A stretch of DNA of 64,000 nt from Oscillospiraceae bacterium (GTDB taxonomy: Bacteria > Bacillota > Clostridia > Oscillospirales > Oscillospiraceae). The stretch is taken from contig JAGCAN010000001.1 in the NCBI GenBank assembly GCA_017652685.1, positions 17,311 through 81,310 on the forward strand. Direction: 5' to 3'. The notes below the pieces were generated by a model. The model had not been told where the DNA came from and did not search any database. It worked only from the letters and a program-made list of their open reading frames with translations. A program made the position numbers and the translations under genes. Numbering within the stretch: position 1 is the first letter of the stretch; every line of letters begins with the position of its first letter. Shown here piece by piece: positions 8,768 to 17,041 of this stretch.

Positions 8768-9633
8768 GCAGCGGAAAGGCTATCTGTCGCAAGGCAGAGC
8801 GACGGCATGGCGCTGACGGGCACAGTAACGCATAGCAAAGGCACGGATGGGAAAGGCGTAGCAACGGCATGGCAATGACGAGCTTAGAGATGCGAAGGCG
8901 ATGCACAGAGCCGCAAAGACGCGCAAAGGCTTAGTTGGGCAAATCGCAGAAAGCAAAGCAAAAGGCGAAGCAGTGCAATGCTTTGCAAGGGCAAGGCTCA
9001 TCAACGGGCGGCAAAGGCTAGGCTGTGTGGGGCAAGGCAGTGGCAACGAAAGGTAGTGCCCTGCAAAGGCAAGGCGAAGTTAGTCGGGGTGATGCGATGG
9101 CAAAAGCAGAGAAATGAGCGCCAAGCGGTGGCAAGGTGAAGCGAAGCGGTGGCAAGGCAAGGCATGTCGTGGCAAAACAGAGCAATGGCAGTGCAAATCG
9201 GAGTGCGGCAATGGCATAGCTCGGAATATCGCGGCATGGCAGCGGAATTGCAGAGATAGGTTATGCGACGGCATAGCATCACATTGCGGAGACCGGCAAA
9301 GGCGAGGAGTAGACGAGCGGATCCAAGGCAACGATTGGCAGCGAGTAGGGTCGCAAAGGCTTAGCACATCAATGACACGCTAAGGCTATGCAGAGACTAT
9401 TTTCGCTCAGCAGTGGAACTGTACAGCCACGGCATCGCAGAGGCTTGGCAATAGCTAAACGGAGCATAGCGGGGCGGAGCAACGGCATAGCAAGGAAATA
9501 CTAAGGACGCAGAGGCATTGCGAAGCGGCACGGAGCAGAGGCGATGAGGGGCTGAGCAGAGAAAAGCAGAGGATCAGCATAAAAGAGCGAAGCAAGGGCA
9601 ACAGTAACATCAGCAAAAGAAGGAGGATGAAAG
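8768..9633 (+). other. ORF-free, purine-skewed, GGCA-word-rich non-coding block (possible ncRNA or protein-binding array)
   Basis: All three stop codon types occur in every + frame. T is scarce (7 of 60 nt at 8941-9000). More than 30 GGCA words by manual count. Local duplications. Confidence 0.6.
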
Positions 9634-10023
9634 ATGGAAAATATGATCCTGATCAACGGAACAAAACTTAAGGCAGTCATCGCCGAGTGGGAACAGATAG
9701 GAGGCTACAGCGAAGGCGAAAAGAATATCCTGAGAGCCGTTATCAATGAGATCGAAGAGGCAATGGAGAACGGCCCGTGGATCCCGGTGGCTGAAGGGCT
9801 TCCGGAAGAGCCCGGCGAGTATCTGGTCACGGCCAGATGGGACGAGGATGAACCGTACGCGATCTTCATTGCGGACTACGGCAACAAGATAGATCCCAGG
9901 TGGGACGGCAGCCACAAGGTCTTCCAAAATGGTTTTGCGTTCGGCGAGATCTGGGGCGACAGCCTCGATAACCTCTTCGAGGTCACGGCCTGGATGCCTA
10001 AGCAGGAAACATATCAGTCATGA
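9634..10023 (+). CDS. DUF551-like phage protein
   Basis: 'GPWIPVAEGLPEEPGEYLVTARW' matches the DUF551 pattern. RBS aaggagga upstream. Confidence 0.55.
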   Translation: MENMILINGTKLKAVIAEWEQIGGYSEGEKNILRAVINEIEEAMENGPWIPVAEGLPEEPGEYLVTARWDEDEPYAIFIADYGNKIDPRWDGSHKVFQNGFAFGEIWGDSLDNLFEVTAWMPKQETYQS

Positions 10024-10205
10024 AACTGGTAAACGCGCATGCGGGAATGGAAATCGGTATCTGTAAATTAAACGATAAGCCGGCATTATACATCCAGGAC
10101 GGACAGTGGTGCAGGATATATGCAACTTTTTTGTCAGAGGAAAAAGCCGAGATGTTCCTGCACAAGCTGAAAAAATGGGACTTACATGGAGGGAATGATG
10201 GATAA
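10020..10205 (+). CDS. Hypothetical protein (61 aa)
   Basis: ATGA-coupled small ORF. Confidence 0.45.
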   Translation: MKLVNAHAGMEIGICKLNDKPALYIQDGQWCRIYATFLSEEKAEMFLHKLKKWDLHGGNDG

Positions 10206-10554
10206 CGTCTATTCACAAATGTTGATAACTGCAAAAAACGCCGGCATAAATGTGGTCGGTAAACATAAGGCAGCAAAACTCCTTGCACTCTGTTGCGCGA
10301 TAGGGGACGAACCGTTTGTGTTTAACAAAAAGCTGTATGAAGATGTCATGTATGCGGCTGATGTAACAGGAATTAAGCACATGAATTATCCGCTTGAGGA
10401 AATAACGTCTCTTATCAACAAATACTACAACGATTTGCAGATTGGGACAGCAGACTGGGTGCAGGAAATCAACGAAGAATATAAAACGAAGTTTCCAAAA
10501 AAAATGGAATCTGATGGAAGAGAGAAACTGATATGGCCGTCTATGCTTATTTAA
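10186..10554 (+). CDS. Hypothetical protein (122 aa)
   Basis: ORF in a low-GC accessory segment. No motif recognised. Confidence 0.5.
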   Translation: MEGMMDNVYSQMLITAKNAGINVVGKHKAAKLLALCCAIGDEPFVFNKKLYEDVMYAADVTGIKHMNYPLEEITSLINKYYNDLQIGTADWVQEINEEYKTKFPKKMESDGREKLIWPSMLI

Positions 10555-11165
10555 GAGTATCAACCGGAAAACAGGATGGAGAAAACCAGCGTCTTGGAGT
10601 TGATGAACTCGCAAAAAGGCTTGGTCTTGAAATCACAGAATACATCGATGATGAAGGCGTGAGTGGGACGAAAGAACCTGAAAAGCGCGAACTTGGAAAA
10701 CTGTTAAAGAAACTGAAACCAGGTGATGTACTTCTTGCCGGTGAAATTTCAAGACTCGGAAGATCACTATTCATGGTCATGAGGATATTGGAATATTGCA
10801 TGAATAACGACATAAGGGTCTATACAGCAAAAGATGGGTACGAGCTTGGTGACAACATTCAGTCTAAGGTTCTCGCATTTGCGTTCGGGCTATCCGCTGA
10901 GATTGAGCGTGAAATGATCAGTAGGCGAACAAAAGAGGCGCTTGCCAAGAAGCGGGCAGAAGGTGTGATTCTTGGCCGTCCCAAAGGGAGAAAATCAGGA
11001 CAGGTAAAACTTTCCGGGAAAGCGCACGATATCAAGGTACTGTTGGATTACGGAATCCCAAAAATGCAAATTGCGAAAAAGATGAAGGTTAACCGTAATA
11101 CGCTCGCGACATACCTGAAAGAAAGATATGAAGATGAACTTCTTGAACTTAAAAAGGAGAAATAG
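10533..11165 (+). CDS. Small serine recombinase (resolvase/invertase family) with C-terminal HTH
   Basis: 'YAYLRVSTGKQ' catalytic Ser region, 'GDVLLAGEISRLGRS', C-terminal 'IAKKMKVNRNTLATYLK'. Confidence 0.85.
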   Translation: MAVYAYLRVSTGKQDGENQRLGVDELAKRLGLEITEYIDDEGVSGTKEPEKRELGKLLKKLKPGDVLLAGEISRLGRSLFMVMRILEYCMNNDIRVYTAKDGYELGDNIQSKVLAFAFGLSAEIEREMISRRTKEALAKKRAEGVILGRPKGRKSGQVKLSGKAHDIKVLLDYGIPKMQIAKKMKVNRNTLATYLKERYEDELLELKKEK

Positions 11166-11167
11166 AT

Positions 11168-11920
11168 ATGAAAAACACCTGCAAGACCTGCACGCACAGC
11201 AAGCCCACGTACAAGGGCTATCGGTGCGAAATCAAGGGCAAAAAGACCAAGCTGACCGACACATGCAAAGACTGGTCACGCAAGGCAGGCATCATCCTGC
11301 TCGCCCTGATCCTGTCCGCCACACCGCTCACCGTACACGCACAGGGACGTGACTGGTGGCCGGATCAAGTGGAACAGGATGACTACTACCACAACCTTGA
11401 CAAGTTTGGCGAGTGGCCAGGGGACGTCATCACCAACGAGACAATGATCGAGACGGTAACCTTCCGCCCGAAAGTGCTGTCGGCGGTGACGTACAGCAAA
11501 AGCACCAAGATAACCGTGGATGCCACGACGGCAGCGAGAGTGATCATTGTACGGTACACGACAGACGGTAAGCACTGGGAACAGCGGAGCTTCCGGAACA
11601 TGAGCTACAAAGGCCCAGTCACAGCGCACAGGAAATGGCAGGTGAAAGCATACGTCAAGGAAAACAGATACTCCTCATGGTGCGCGAGGCAGTTTAAGCA
11701 AGCTGGCAAGACGATCGACTACAAAAAGACGGCAATGCTTAACAGCCCGATGGCCCAATTGTATTTCGACGACCACTTGATCGACGGTATCCGCAGGAAG
11801 GTAGCCAGTCCGGTCACGCTGAACATTCCCGTCAGGGCGAGGAGGATCAGAATTCGATATGCATACACGGGGCTGAAAAGGGAATGTTACTCCGAGTGGG
11901 CCGAGGTGAAAGCGAGGTAA
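11168..11920 (+). CDS. Membrane-anchored protein with N-terminal Cys cluster
   Basis: 'CKTCTHSKPTYKGYRCE...DTCKDW' followed by TM segment 'AGIILLALILSATPLTV'. The remainder is probably extracytoplasmic. Confidence 0.55.
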   Translation: MKNTCKTCTHSKPTYKGYRCEIKGKKTKLTDTCKDWSRKAGIILLALILSATPLTVHAQGRDWWPDQVEQDDYYHNLDKFGEWPGDVITNETMIETVTFRPKVLSAVTYSKSTKITVDATTAARVIIVRYTTDGKHWEQRSFRNMSYKGPVTAHRKWQVKAYVKENRYSSWCARQFKQAGKTIDYKKTAMLNSPMAQLYFDDHLIDGIRRKVASPVTLNIPVRARRIRIRYAYTGLKRECYSEWAEVKAR

Positions 11921-11924
11921 TGAA

Positions 11925-12152
11925 ATGTTTGACAAAAATGCAATCGCCAGAAATCTCAGAAAACACATGGAAGAGAAAAACATAAGCATAAACAAACTGG
12001 CCAGATTGGCCGATGTGATGCCGAGCACAGTTTGGCAATACATACATGGATATAGTACGCCAGTTATCTACAATCTGTATAAAATCAGCAAAGTACTCGG
12101 AATAAGCGTTGATAACCTGATCAAAGGGATAGACGACGGGAAAGAGGATTGA
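11925..12152 (+). CDS. XRE-family HTH regulator
   Basis: 'ISINKLARLADVMPSTVWQYIHG...ISKVLGISVDNLI'. Confidence 0.75.
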   Translation: MFDKNAIARNLRKHMEEKNISINKLARLADVMPSTVWQYIHGYSTPVIYNLYKISKVLGISVDNLIKGIDDGKED

Positions 12153-12155
12153 GCA

Positions 12156-12830
12156 GTGAACAGGATAAAAGACATCATCAAAGTGATTGATCAGATATCC
12201 GGAAGGTATTCGGCGTATGAAGTATTCACAGATTGGATCAGGTGCATGGCGATGTCAATATGCAATACGGTCTCGCCGATCCATGACAAAGTATGGCAGG
12301 AACGGGAACAGTCCTATATGGATACAATGCGGAAATACACGCCTGAAGAACAGGTCAAACTCTGTGAAATGATGTTGTGGCTCGTAGAGACACTGGATGA
12401 CGGCCCGTATGATGTCCTCGGGAAAATCTACATGGACGCCGGCATGGGAAGTAAAGCGGCCGGCCAGTTCTTCACACCATTTCATCTGTCAGTACTTACG
12501 GCAAAAATGTCATTGGGAGAATCAATTGAGTCATATCGGGATGAAATGACTAAGTTGGACATCAATGAACCGACATGCGGAGGAGGGGCGATGATCATCG
12601 CAGCAGCCAAAGTGTTGCAGGATGAAGGGATCAATTACCAGAAGGTGATGAAAGTGGTAGCACAGGATCTTGACTGGAAAGGAGTGTATATGTGCTATGT
12701 GCAGCTCAGTCTTCTGGGAATAGATGCGATTTGTGTGCAAGGCAATACGCTGGCTGATCCTTATGTTCCTGGCAAGACAGACAGGTCGCATATCATGAGG
12801 ACTCCGAAAAATATGGGGGTGCTGCTATGA
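12156..12830 (+). CDS. N6-adenine methyltransferase-like protein lacking catalytic motif IV
   Basis: 'GQFFTPFHL', 'INEPTCGGGAMI' (SAM motif I), 'VAQDLD', 'GNTL', then it stops with no NPPF/NPPY. GTG start. Confidence 0.6.
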   Translation: MNRIKDIIKVIDQISGRYSAYEVFTDWIRCMAMSICNTVSPIHDKVWQEREQSYMDTMRKYTPEEQVKLCEMMLWLVETLDDGPYDVLGKIYMDAGMGSKAAGQFFTPFHLSVLTAKMSLGESIESYRDEMTKLDINEPTCGGGAMIIAAAKVLQDEGINYQKVMKVVAQDLDWKGVYMCYVQLSLLGIDAICVQGNTLADPYVPGKTDRSHIMRTPKNMGVLL

Positions 12831-13915
12831 GTGATCAAAAAGAAAAGTTCAAAGACGAACTGATCATCGCACTCACGCCGTTCCTGCAGCCGGAATACAT
12901 CGAGGCCGTGAAAGCGAAGATCACGATCCTGACACACAACTACGAGATATCGAAGGCGGAAAACGAGATCATAGTCTACGAAGGAGACGTGAACGAGCGG
13001 ATTGTAAAAAGGTATCTCATGGCGAAGACGGCACAGGGGCTGTCGAAGAGGACGATAGAGTTCTATCAGCTGTCGTTGGAGCTCTTTTTCGGGGAAATAC
13101 AGAAACCGTTTACACAGATCACGGCCGACGACATCCGGTATTGGATCGCACTGAAACTGTCAAGGGACGGCGTGTCAAAGACAGGAGTGAACAACTACAG
13201 AAGGAACATCAGCGCTTTTTATACATGGCTGCAGAAAGAAGAGATCCTCCTCAAGAACCCGATGAACAAGGTCCCGCCGCTAAAGGAGACAAAGAAAAAG
13301 AAGCACGCGTTTGAACTCCTCGACCTAGAACTTATACGGATGGGATGCAGGGACGAGAGACAGAAGGCAATGGTGGAAATGCTCACATCGACATGGTGCC
13401 GGGCGGACGAACTGGTCAACATCAGGACGGATGATGTCGAAGAGGGCCGCGTGATGATACACGGCAAAGGAGACAAATACAGATACGTATTCATTAATGC
13501 CAGGGCAAAGCTCGCCTTAGATGTGTACCTGAATCAGAGAAAGGATAACAACCCATATCTGTTCCCGAGAGCCAAAAATATTTTGGGGAATATTGATAAA
13601 TATTCCAGACATGCGAAAGAAACGGGAACAGGCGCATGGGAATGGTGGAAGGATCCTGAGATGGTAAGCGAAGACGGCCACATAGACGAGAGCACGCTGG
13701 GCTCGATTATTAGGAAGATAGGACAAAGGGCGGGAGTCAAAAATGTCCACCCGCACAGATTCCGCAGGACAGGAGCAACGATGGCGCTCAGGGCCGGAAT
13801 GCCGATCACAACAGTATCTAAGCTGCTTGGGCACGAGAGTATTGAGACGACACAGATCTATCTGGATATCTCAGACAAGGACCTGGAGCAGGCACATGAG
13901 AAATATGTGTTCTAA
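12827..13915 (+). CDS. Tyrosine recombinase (XerC/D-like), paralog 1
   Basis: 'HPHRFRRTGATMAL', 'LLGHESIETTQIYL'. SAM-like N-domain 'SKRTIEFYQLSLELFF'. ATGA overlap with the upstream gene. Confidence 0.85.
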   Translation: MSDQKEKFKDELIIALTPFLQPEYIEAVKAKITILTHNYEISKAENEIIVYEGDVNERIVKRYLMAKTAQGLSKRTIEFYQLSLELFFGEIQKPFTQITADDIRYWIALKLSRDGVSKTGVNNYRRNISAFYTWLQKEEILLKNPMNKVPPLKETKKKKHAFELLDLELIRMGCRDERQKAMVEMLTSTWCRADELVNIRTDDVEEGRVMIHGKGDKYRYVFINARAKLALDVYLNQRKDNNPYLFPRAKNILGNIDKYSRHAKETGTGAWEWWKDPEMVSEDGHIDESTLGSIIRKIGQRAGVKNVHPHRFRRTGATMALRAGMPITTVSKLLGHESIETTQIYLDISDKDLEQAHEKYVF

Positions 13916-13943
13916 ATTGTCGGAAAGCGAGGTGACCATAAAT

Positions 13944-14150
13944 ATGGCTAATGGCAGCTATCACTTCTGCAGGGACTGTATCCACCATCACGGGATCACT
14001 ACCAGAGAGGCCAGGAAAGACGGGCACACATTTATCGTGCAGAAGTGCCCGGTATCCAGCGGAGAGTCATGGTGGTACAAAGCAGATTACGGAAAGCTCT
14101 TACACACCTGCCCGGAGTTCAGCCCGGAGCAGATACAGATGGAGGTTTGA
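13944..14150 (+). CDS. Small Cys-rich protein (68 aa)
   Basis: Internal ATG at 13944 after RBS-like gaaagcgaggtga. 'CRDCIHHH...CPVS'. Confidence 0.45.
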   Translation: MANGSYHFCRDCIHHHGITTREARKDGHTFIVQKCPVSSGESWWYKADYGKLLHTCPEFSPEQIQMEV

Positions 14151-14153
14151 AAG

Positions 14154-14399
14154 ATGAAGAATACATTGACAAATTTGAATAACTACCTGTTCGAGCAGCT
14201 GGAGCGGCTTAATGATGACTCGCTTTCGGAGGAAGAGCTCGATCGAGAGATGAAGAAGGCCGACGCGATCGTCAAGGTCTCCGACAAGATCATACAGACC
14301 GGCGAGCTCGCCCTCCGGACGATCAAGCATCGGGATGAATACGGATACAACAACAAGACCAATCAGATGCCGGACATCCTCCAGCTTGAGGCGAAGTGA
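14154..14399 (+). CDS. Hypothetical protein (81 aa)
   Basis: ORF tightly spaced with its neighbours. Confidence 0.5.
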   Translation: MKNTLTNLNNYLFEQLERLNDDSLSEEELDREMKKADAIVKVSDKIIQTGELALRTIKHRDEYGYNNKTNQMPDILQLEAK

Positions 14400-14400
14400 T

Positions 14401-15414
14401 ATGGGGATCCATGACAGATATCCTCCGGAAGTCCACGAGTTTGTAAAGCACATGTCCCCGAAGCTTAGAGATATTGATCTGGCACATGCGTGCAATGTTG
14501 AGCTTGGGACCAGTTTCACAAAGTCCAGCATGAAGGCGTTCCGATACAACCATGGATACCTTAACGGTAAAGGCAAGCTGACAAGTGAGGAATACTGGAA
14601 GTATCAGACCAGGTATCCGCAAGGCATGTACGAGTTCATCCGTGACAATTCCTGGAATGTCAGTTCTGAAGAGATGGCCAATATGACAAATGAGAAGTTC
14701 GGCACTAACTGGACTAAGACAGGAATGAAACAGTTTCGGCAGCGCCACGGGATCAAGTCCGGCCTGAAAGGCTGGTTCCAGAAGGGGCATCCCCCTGGGA
14801 ATAAGGGCAAGAAACAGTCAGAGTATTGCAGTCCGGAAGCGATCGAAAAAAGCCGTAAGACACAGTTCAAAAAAGGGCATAAGCCAGTAAATGAGCTGCC
14901 GGTCGGATCAGTCGTCGTCAACTCATACGGATACCTGCTCCGCAAGACGCGGATGGAAGGTAAGTTGTGGGACCGCTGGGAGTTTGTGCACAGGGCTGTC
15001 TGGGAAGAGCATAACGGCCCGGTCCCGCCGTATATGGTCGTCGCCTTTAAGGATGGCAATAAGATGCACTGCAACATAGACAACCTGATGCTTATTACTC
15101 AGAGCGAGAACATGACACTTACACACCTTAATCTCCGCTCCGAGGATCCTGACCTGACAGAGGCAGGGCTCAATCTTGCAAGGGTAAAGACAAAGCTCCG
15201 GAAGCTCCGGAACGCTGGCGACATAAAGACTGGGCAGAATATCCTAAGGGTAATGGATGAGAAGAATATCACGAAGGAAGAGCTCGCGAAAATGGTAGGC
15301 GTGTCCAAATACACGCTCTGGAATTATATCAAGGGATATAACCCCGTACCTGATCCGCGCCTCGGGCAGATCGCAAATGCGCTTGGTGTGTCAAAACAGG
15401 AATTGAGACCTTAA
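14401..15414 (+). CDS. HNH_3-type homing-endonuclease-like protein with C-terminal XRE HTH
   Basis: 'VHRAVWEEHNGPVP...FKDGNKMHCNIDNLMLITQSEN'. Two 'TK..MK.FR..HG' repeats. C-terminal 'ELAKMVGVSKYTLWNYIKG'. Confidence 0.7.
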   Translation: MGIHDRYPPEVHEFVKHMSPKLRDIDLAHACNVELGTSFTKSSMKAFRYNHGYLNGKGKLTSEEYWKYQTRYPQGMYEFIRDNSWNVSSEEMANMTNEKFGTNWTKTGMKQFRQRHGIKSGLKGWFQKGHPPGNKGKKQSEYCSPEAIEKSRKTQFKKGHKPVNELPVGSVVVNSYGYLLRKTRMEGKLWDRWEFVHRAVWEEHNGPVPPYMVVAFKDGNKMHCNIDNLMLITQSENMTLTHLNLRSEDPDLTEAGLNLARVKTKLRKLRNAGDIKTGQNILRVMDEKNITKEELAKMVGVSKYTLWNYIKGYNPVPDPRLGQIANALGVSKQELRP

Positions 15415-15569
15415 CCCGTCCGGACGGTTAAGCATATACCGGAACAGGCAACCATCAACGCACGAGACAACAGAAAGGAGGATCCTTCTTGCGGTGTGCG
15501 GCGCGATTATTGCGAATGTGAATACCAGGCCCGCGGGGGAACCGGCGCGGGCATTATGAGGAGGAGAAA

Positions 15570-15908
15570 ATGGAATGCATTATTTCGGGAAGAAGGTCTG
15601 GGCGAACAACTAAAATGATTGAAATGTGCGCGGAGCACCCGGGATCGGTAATAGTCGCACCGAATCAAAGGGCTGCCGAATCCATATTTCATATGGCGGT
15701 CATGATGGGGAAGCAGATCCCATTCCCTATGACGTTCAATCATTTCGCGTTCAGATGTTACACAAAAGGCCAATACAAAGAGTACCTGTTTGACGACCTG
15801 GACAGATCCCTTCAGCTTATGGCCGGATCCGGCAGGGTTGCAGCGGCAACAATGGAAAGCGAGGAAAGCATATGGATAAGAGAGCAATTGATGAGCTGCT
15901 CGATATAA
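15570..15908 (+). CDS. Hypothetical protein with P-loop-like 'GRRSGRTT'
   Basis: RBS gaggagga before the ATG. Motif only. Confidence 0.45.
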   Translation: MECIISGRRSGRTTKMIEMCAEHPGSVIVAPNQRAAESIFHMAVMMGKQIPFPMTFNHFAFRCYTKGQYKEYLFDDLDRSLQLMAGSGRVAAATMESEESIWIREQLMSCSI

Positions 15909-16060
15909 ATGACAGGGTCATAAAAGCCAATGAGGAGCTCATTAAGGTAAACGAGAACGCCATGAAGATCATCGGCGACCTGGTAGCTTTGCTTAAGGTC
16001 AAGGCGGTAACAGGCGGCAGAAACAAGGTGACAGATGAACAGACTGGCGATAGGCCGTAA
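15872..16060 (+). CDS. Hypothetical coiled-coil protein (62 aa)
   Basis: ORF overlaps both neighbours. Charged helical sequence. Confidence 0.35.
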   Translation: MDKRAIDELLDINDRVIKANEELIKVNENAMKIIGDLVALLKVKAVTGGRNKVTDEQTGDRP

Positions 16061-16256
16061 CATCCGGAAAGCTTTGGACAAGCGGAAGCTGTCGCAGGTG
16101 TGGCTTGCGAAACAGATCGGCGTGAGCAATACGCTTTTCACGCCCTGGATGAGCGGAAAATGCCTGCCGAGCTTAATGATGCTGTACCGGATCAGCCGGG
16201 TGCTGGAAGTAAGTATGGATCAGCTTATGGAGGGAATAGATGATGACGACTTTTGA
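16035..16256 (+). CDS. XRE-family HTH regulator
   Basis: 'LSQVWLAKQIGVSNTLFTPWMSG...ISRVLEVSMDQLMEGIDD'. Paralog of 11925-12152. Confidence 0.7.
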   Translation: MNRLAIGRNIRKALDKRKLSQVWLAKQIGVSNTLFTPWMSGKCLPSLMMLYRISRVLEVSMDQLMEGIDDDDF

Positions 16257-16455
16257 AGCAGGCGAGTATATCGTATACAGGAATGGCAACAGATGTGAGA
16301 TTGGCAAAGTCAAGAGTGTCACGGAAACAGGAGCTTTTGTCCACTACACCAGCGGAAGTACTGCAGCCTTTACCCCTTACGAATGCATGTACAAACTGAT
16401 TAACCGGTATGTGATCCAGAAGACGAATCTTGGAGGACGACAGAATGATGAATGA
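16240..16455 (+). CDS. Hypothetical protein (71 aa)
   Basis: Coupled ORF. Confidence 0.45.
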   Translation: MMTTFEAGEYIVYRNGNRCEIGKVKSVTETGAFVHYTSGSTAAFTPYECMYKLINRYVIQKTNLGGRQNDE

Positions 16456-17041
16456 TGACCTGATCAGCAGGAAACAGGCTTTTGACATGATCATGGGGCA
16501 GCCTCCGGAAGTGCATTATCCATCATGGTATGCGGATCAGATCATGGGGCTGCCGCCAGCGCAGAAAGCTGAAGATCTCGACAGGCTTATTAAAGCACTG
16601 GAACAGGAACACGCAAAACTGCGGGAGATGCAATATGCTCCCGACATTTATGTCGGTAGCAAAGATACGATTTATCGGCAAGCGGCGATTGATGCTGTCG
16701 AGAGGGCAAAAACTGTAAGATCGGAAGATGGGGAAATCTATTGTGCAAAGGTAAATGCACAGATGAATATACATCTTTTGCCGTCTGCACATGCGCAGCT
16801 TGAACTGTCCGAGGAAGACAGACGGCTCTTGAAGAAACTGCGTTCATTCCACAACGGATCGTATGCCAAAGTAATCGACCGGCTGATGAGCGCACAGCCC
16901 GAAATCATCCACTGCAATGACTGTCAGCACTCAGTATACGATGCGATGTTCGGTGACAGATATTGCCACTATAACGGCAAAGCGGAAATCGTGCCGGATG
17001 ACCACTACTGCGGATATGCGGAGAGGAGAACCGATGGATAG
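16445..17041 (+). CDS. Hypothetical protein with C-terminal Cys cluster
   Basis: RBS ggagga 6 nt before the ATG at 16445. 'YRQAAIDAV' and 'CNDCQHS...YCHYNG...YCGY'. Confidence 0.5.
   Translation: MMNDDLISRKQAFDMIMGQPPEVHYPSWYADQIMGLPPAQKAEDLDRLIKALEQEHAKLREMQYAPDIYVGSKDTIYRQAAIDAVERAKTVRSEDGEIYCAKVNAQMNIHLLPSAHAQLELSEEDRRLLKKLRSFHNGSYAKVIDRLMSAQPEIIHCNDCQHSVYDAMFGDRYCHYNGKAEIVPDDHYCGYAERRTDG

Larger units (their letters stand above)
1..16107. repeat. Left copy of 16,107-bp direct repeat (equals 47894-64000)
   Basis: Nucleotides 1-60 equal 47894-47953 by direct reading. Every ORF from 53-298 to 15872-16060 recurs with the same translation at +47,893. Confidence 0.95.

Noticed and set aside
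8780-9383. ORFs inside the purine-rich block (9114-9383 +, 8780-9046 -, 9001-9282 -, 9080-9367 -)
   Set aside because: The translations are low-complexity (Cys/Ala/Arg/Gln repeats produced by the GGCA/GCC words). They overlap each other, lack ribosome-binding sites, and the minus-strand ones oppose the direction of all surrounding genes.
8768-9633. Possible CRISPR array or mini-array downstream of the RAMP-like protein
   Set aside because: There are no direct repeats of fixed length separated by unique spacers. Only degenerate 8-17-nt words occur, at irregular spacing. No leader or cas genes are present.
8768-9633. Stop-codon reassignment (TAG or TGA recoding) hiding a gene in the 860-bp gap
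   Set aside because: TAA, TAG and TGA all occur in each + frame of the gap. All other genes in the window terminate normally with the standard code, and the G/GT frameshift also works in the standard code.
15409-15552. Hairpins after the HNH-HTH gene (CGTCCGGACG palindrome at about 15416-15425; GCCCGCG...CGCGGGC at about 15529-15551) as terminators
   Set aside because: Neither is followed by a T-run. They may be regulatory or structural, but I cannot support a terminator call.
1-16107. A 16-kb segmental duplication or giant direct terminal repeat as a biological feature
   Set aside because: The repeat starts at the first base and ends at the last base of the window, and it has the period of a complete phage gene set. 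Wrap-around of a circular or concatemeric genome is far more likely. This cannot be fully excluded without reads.
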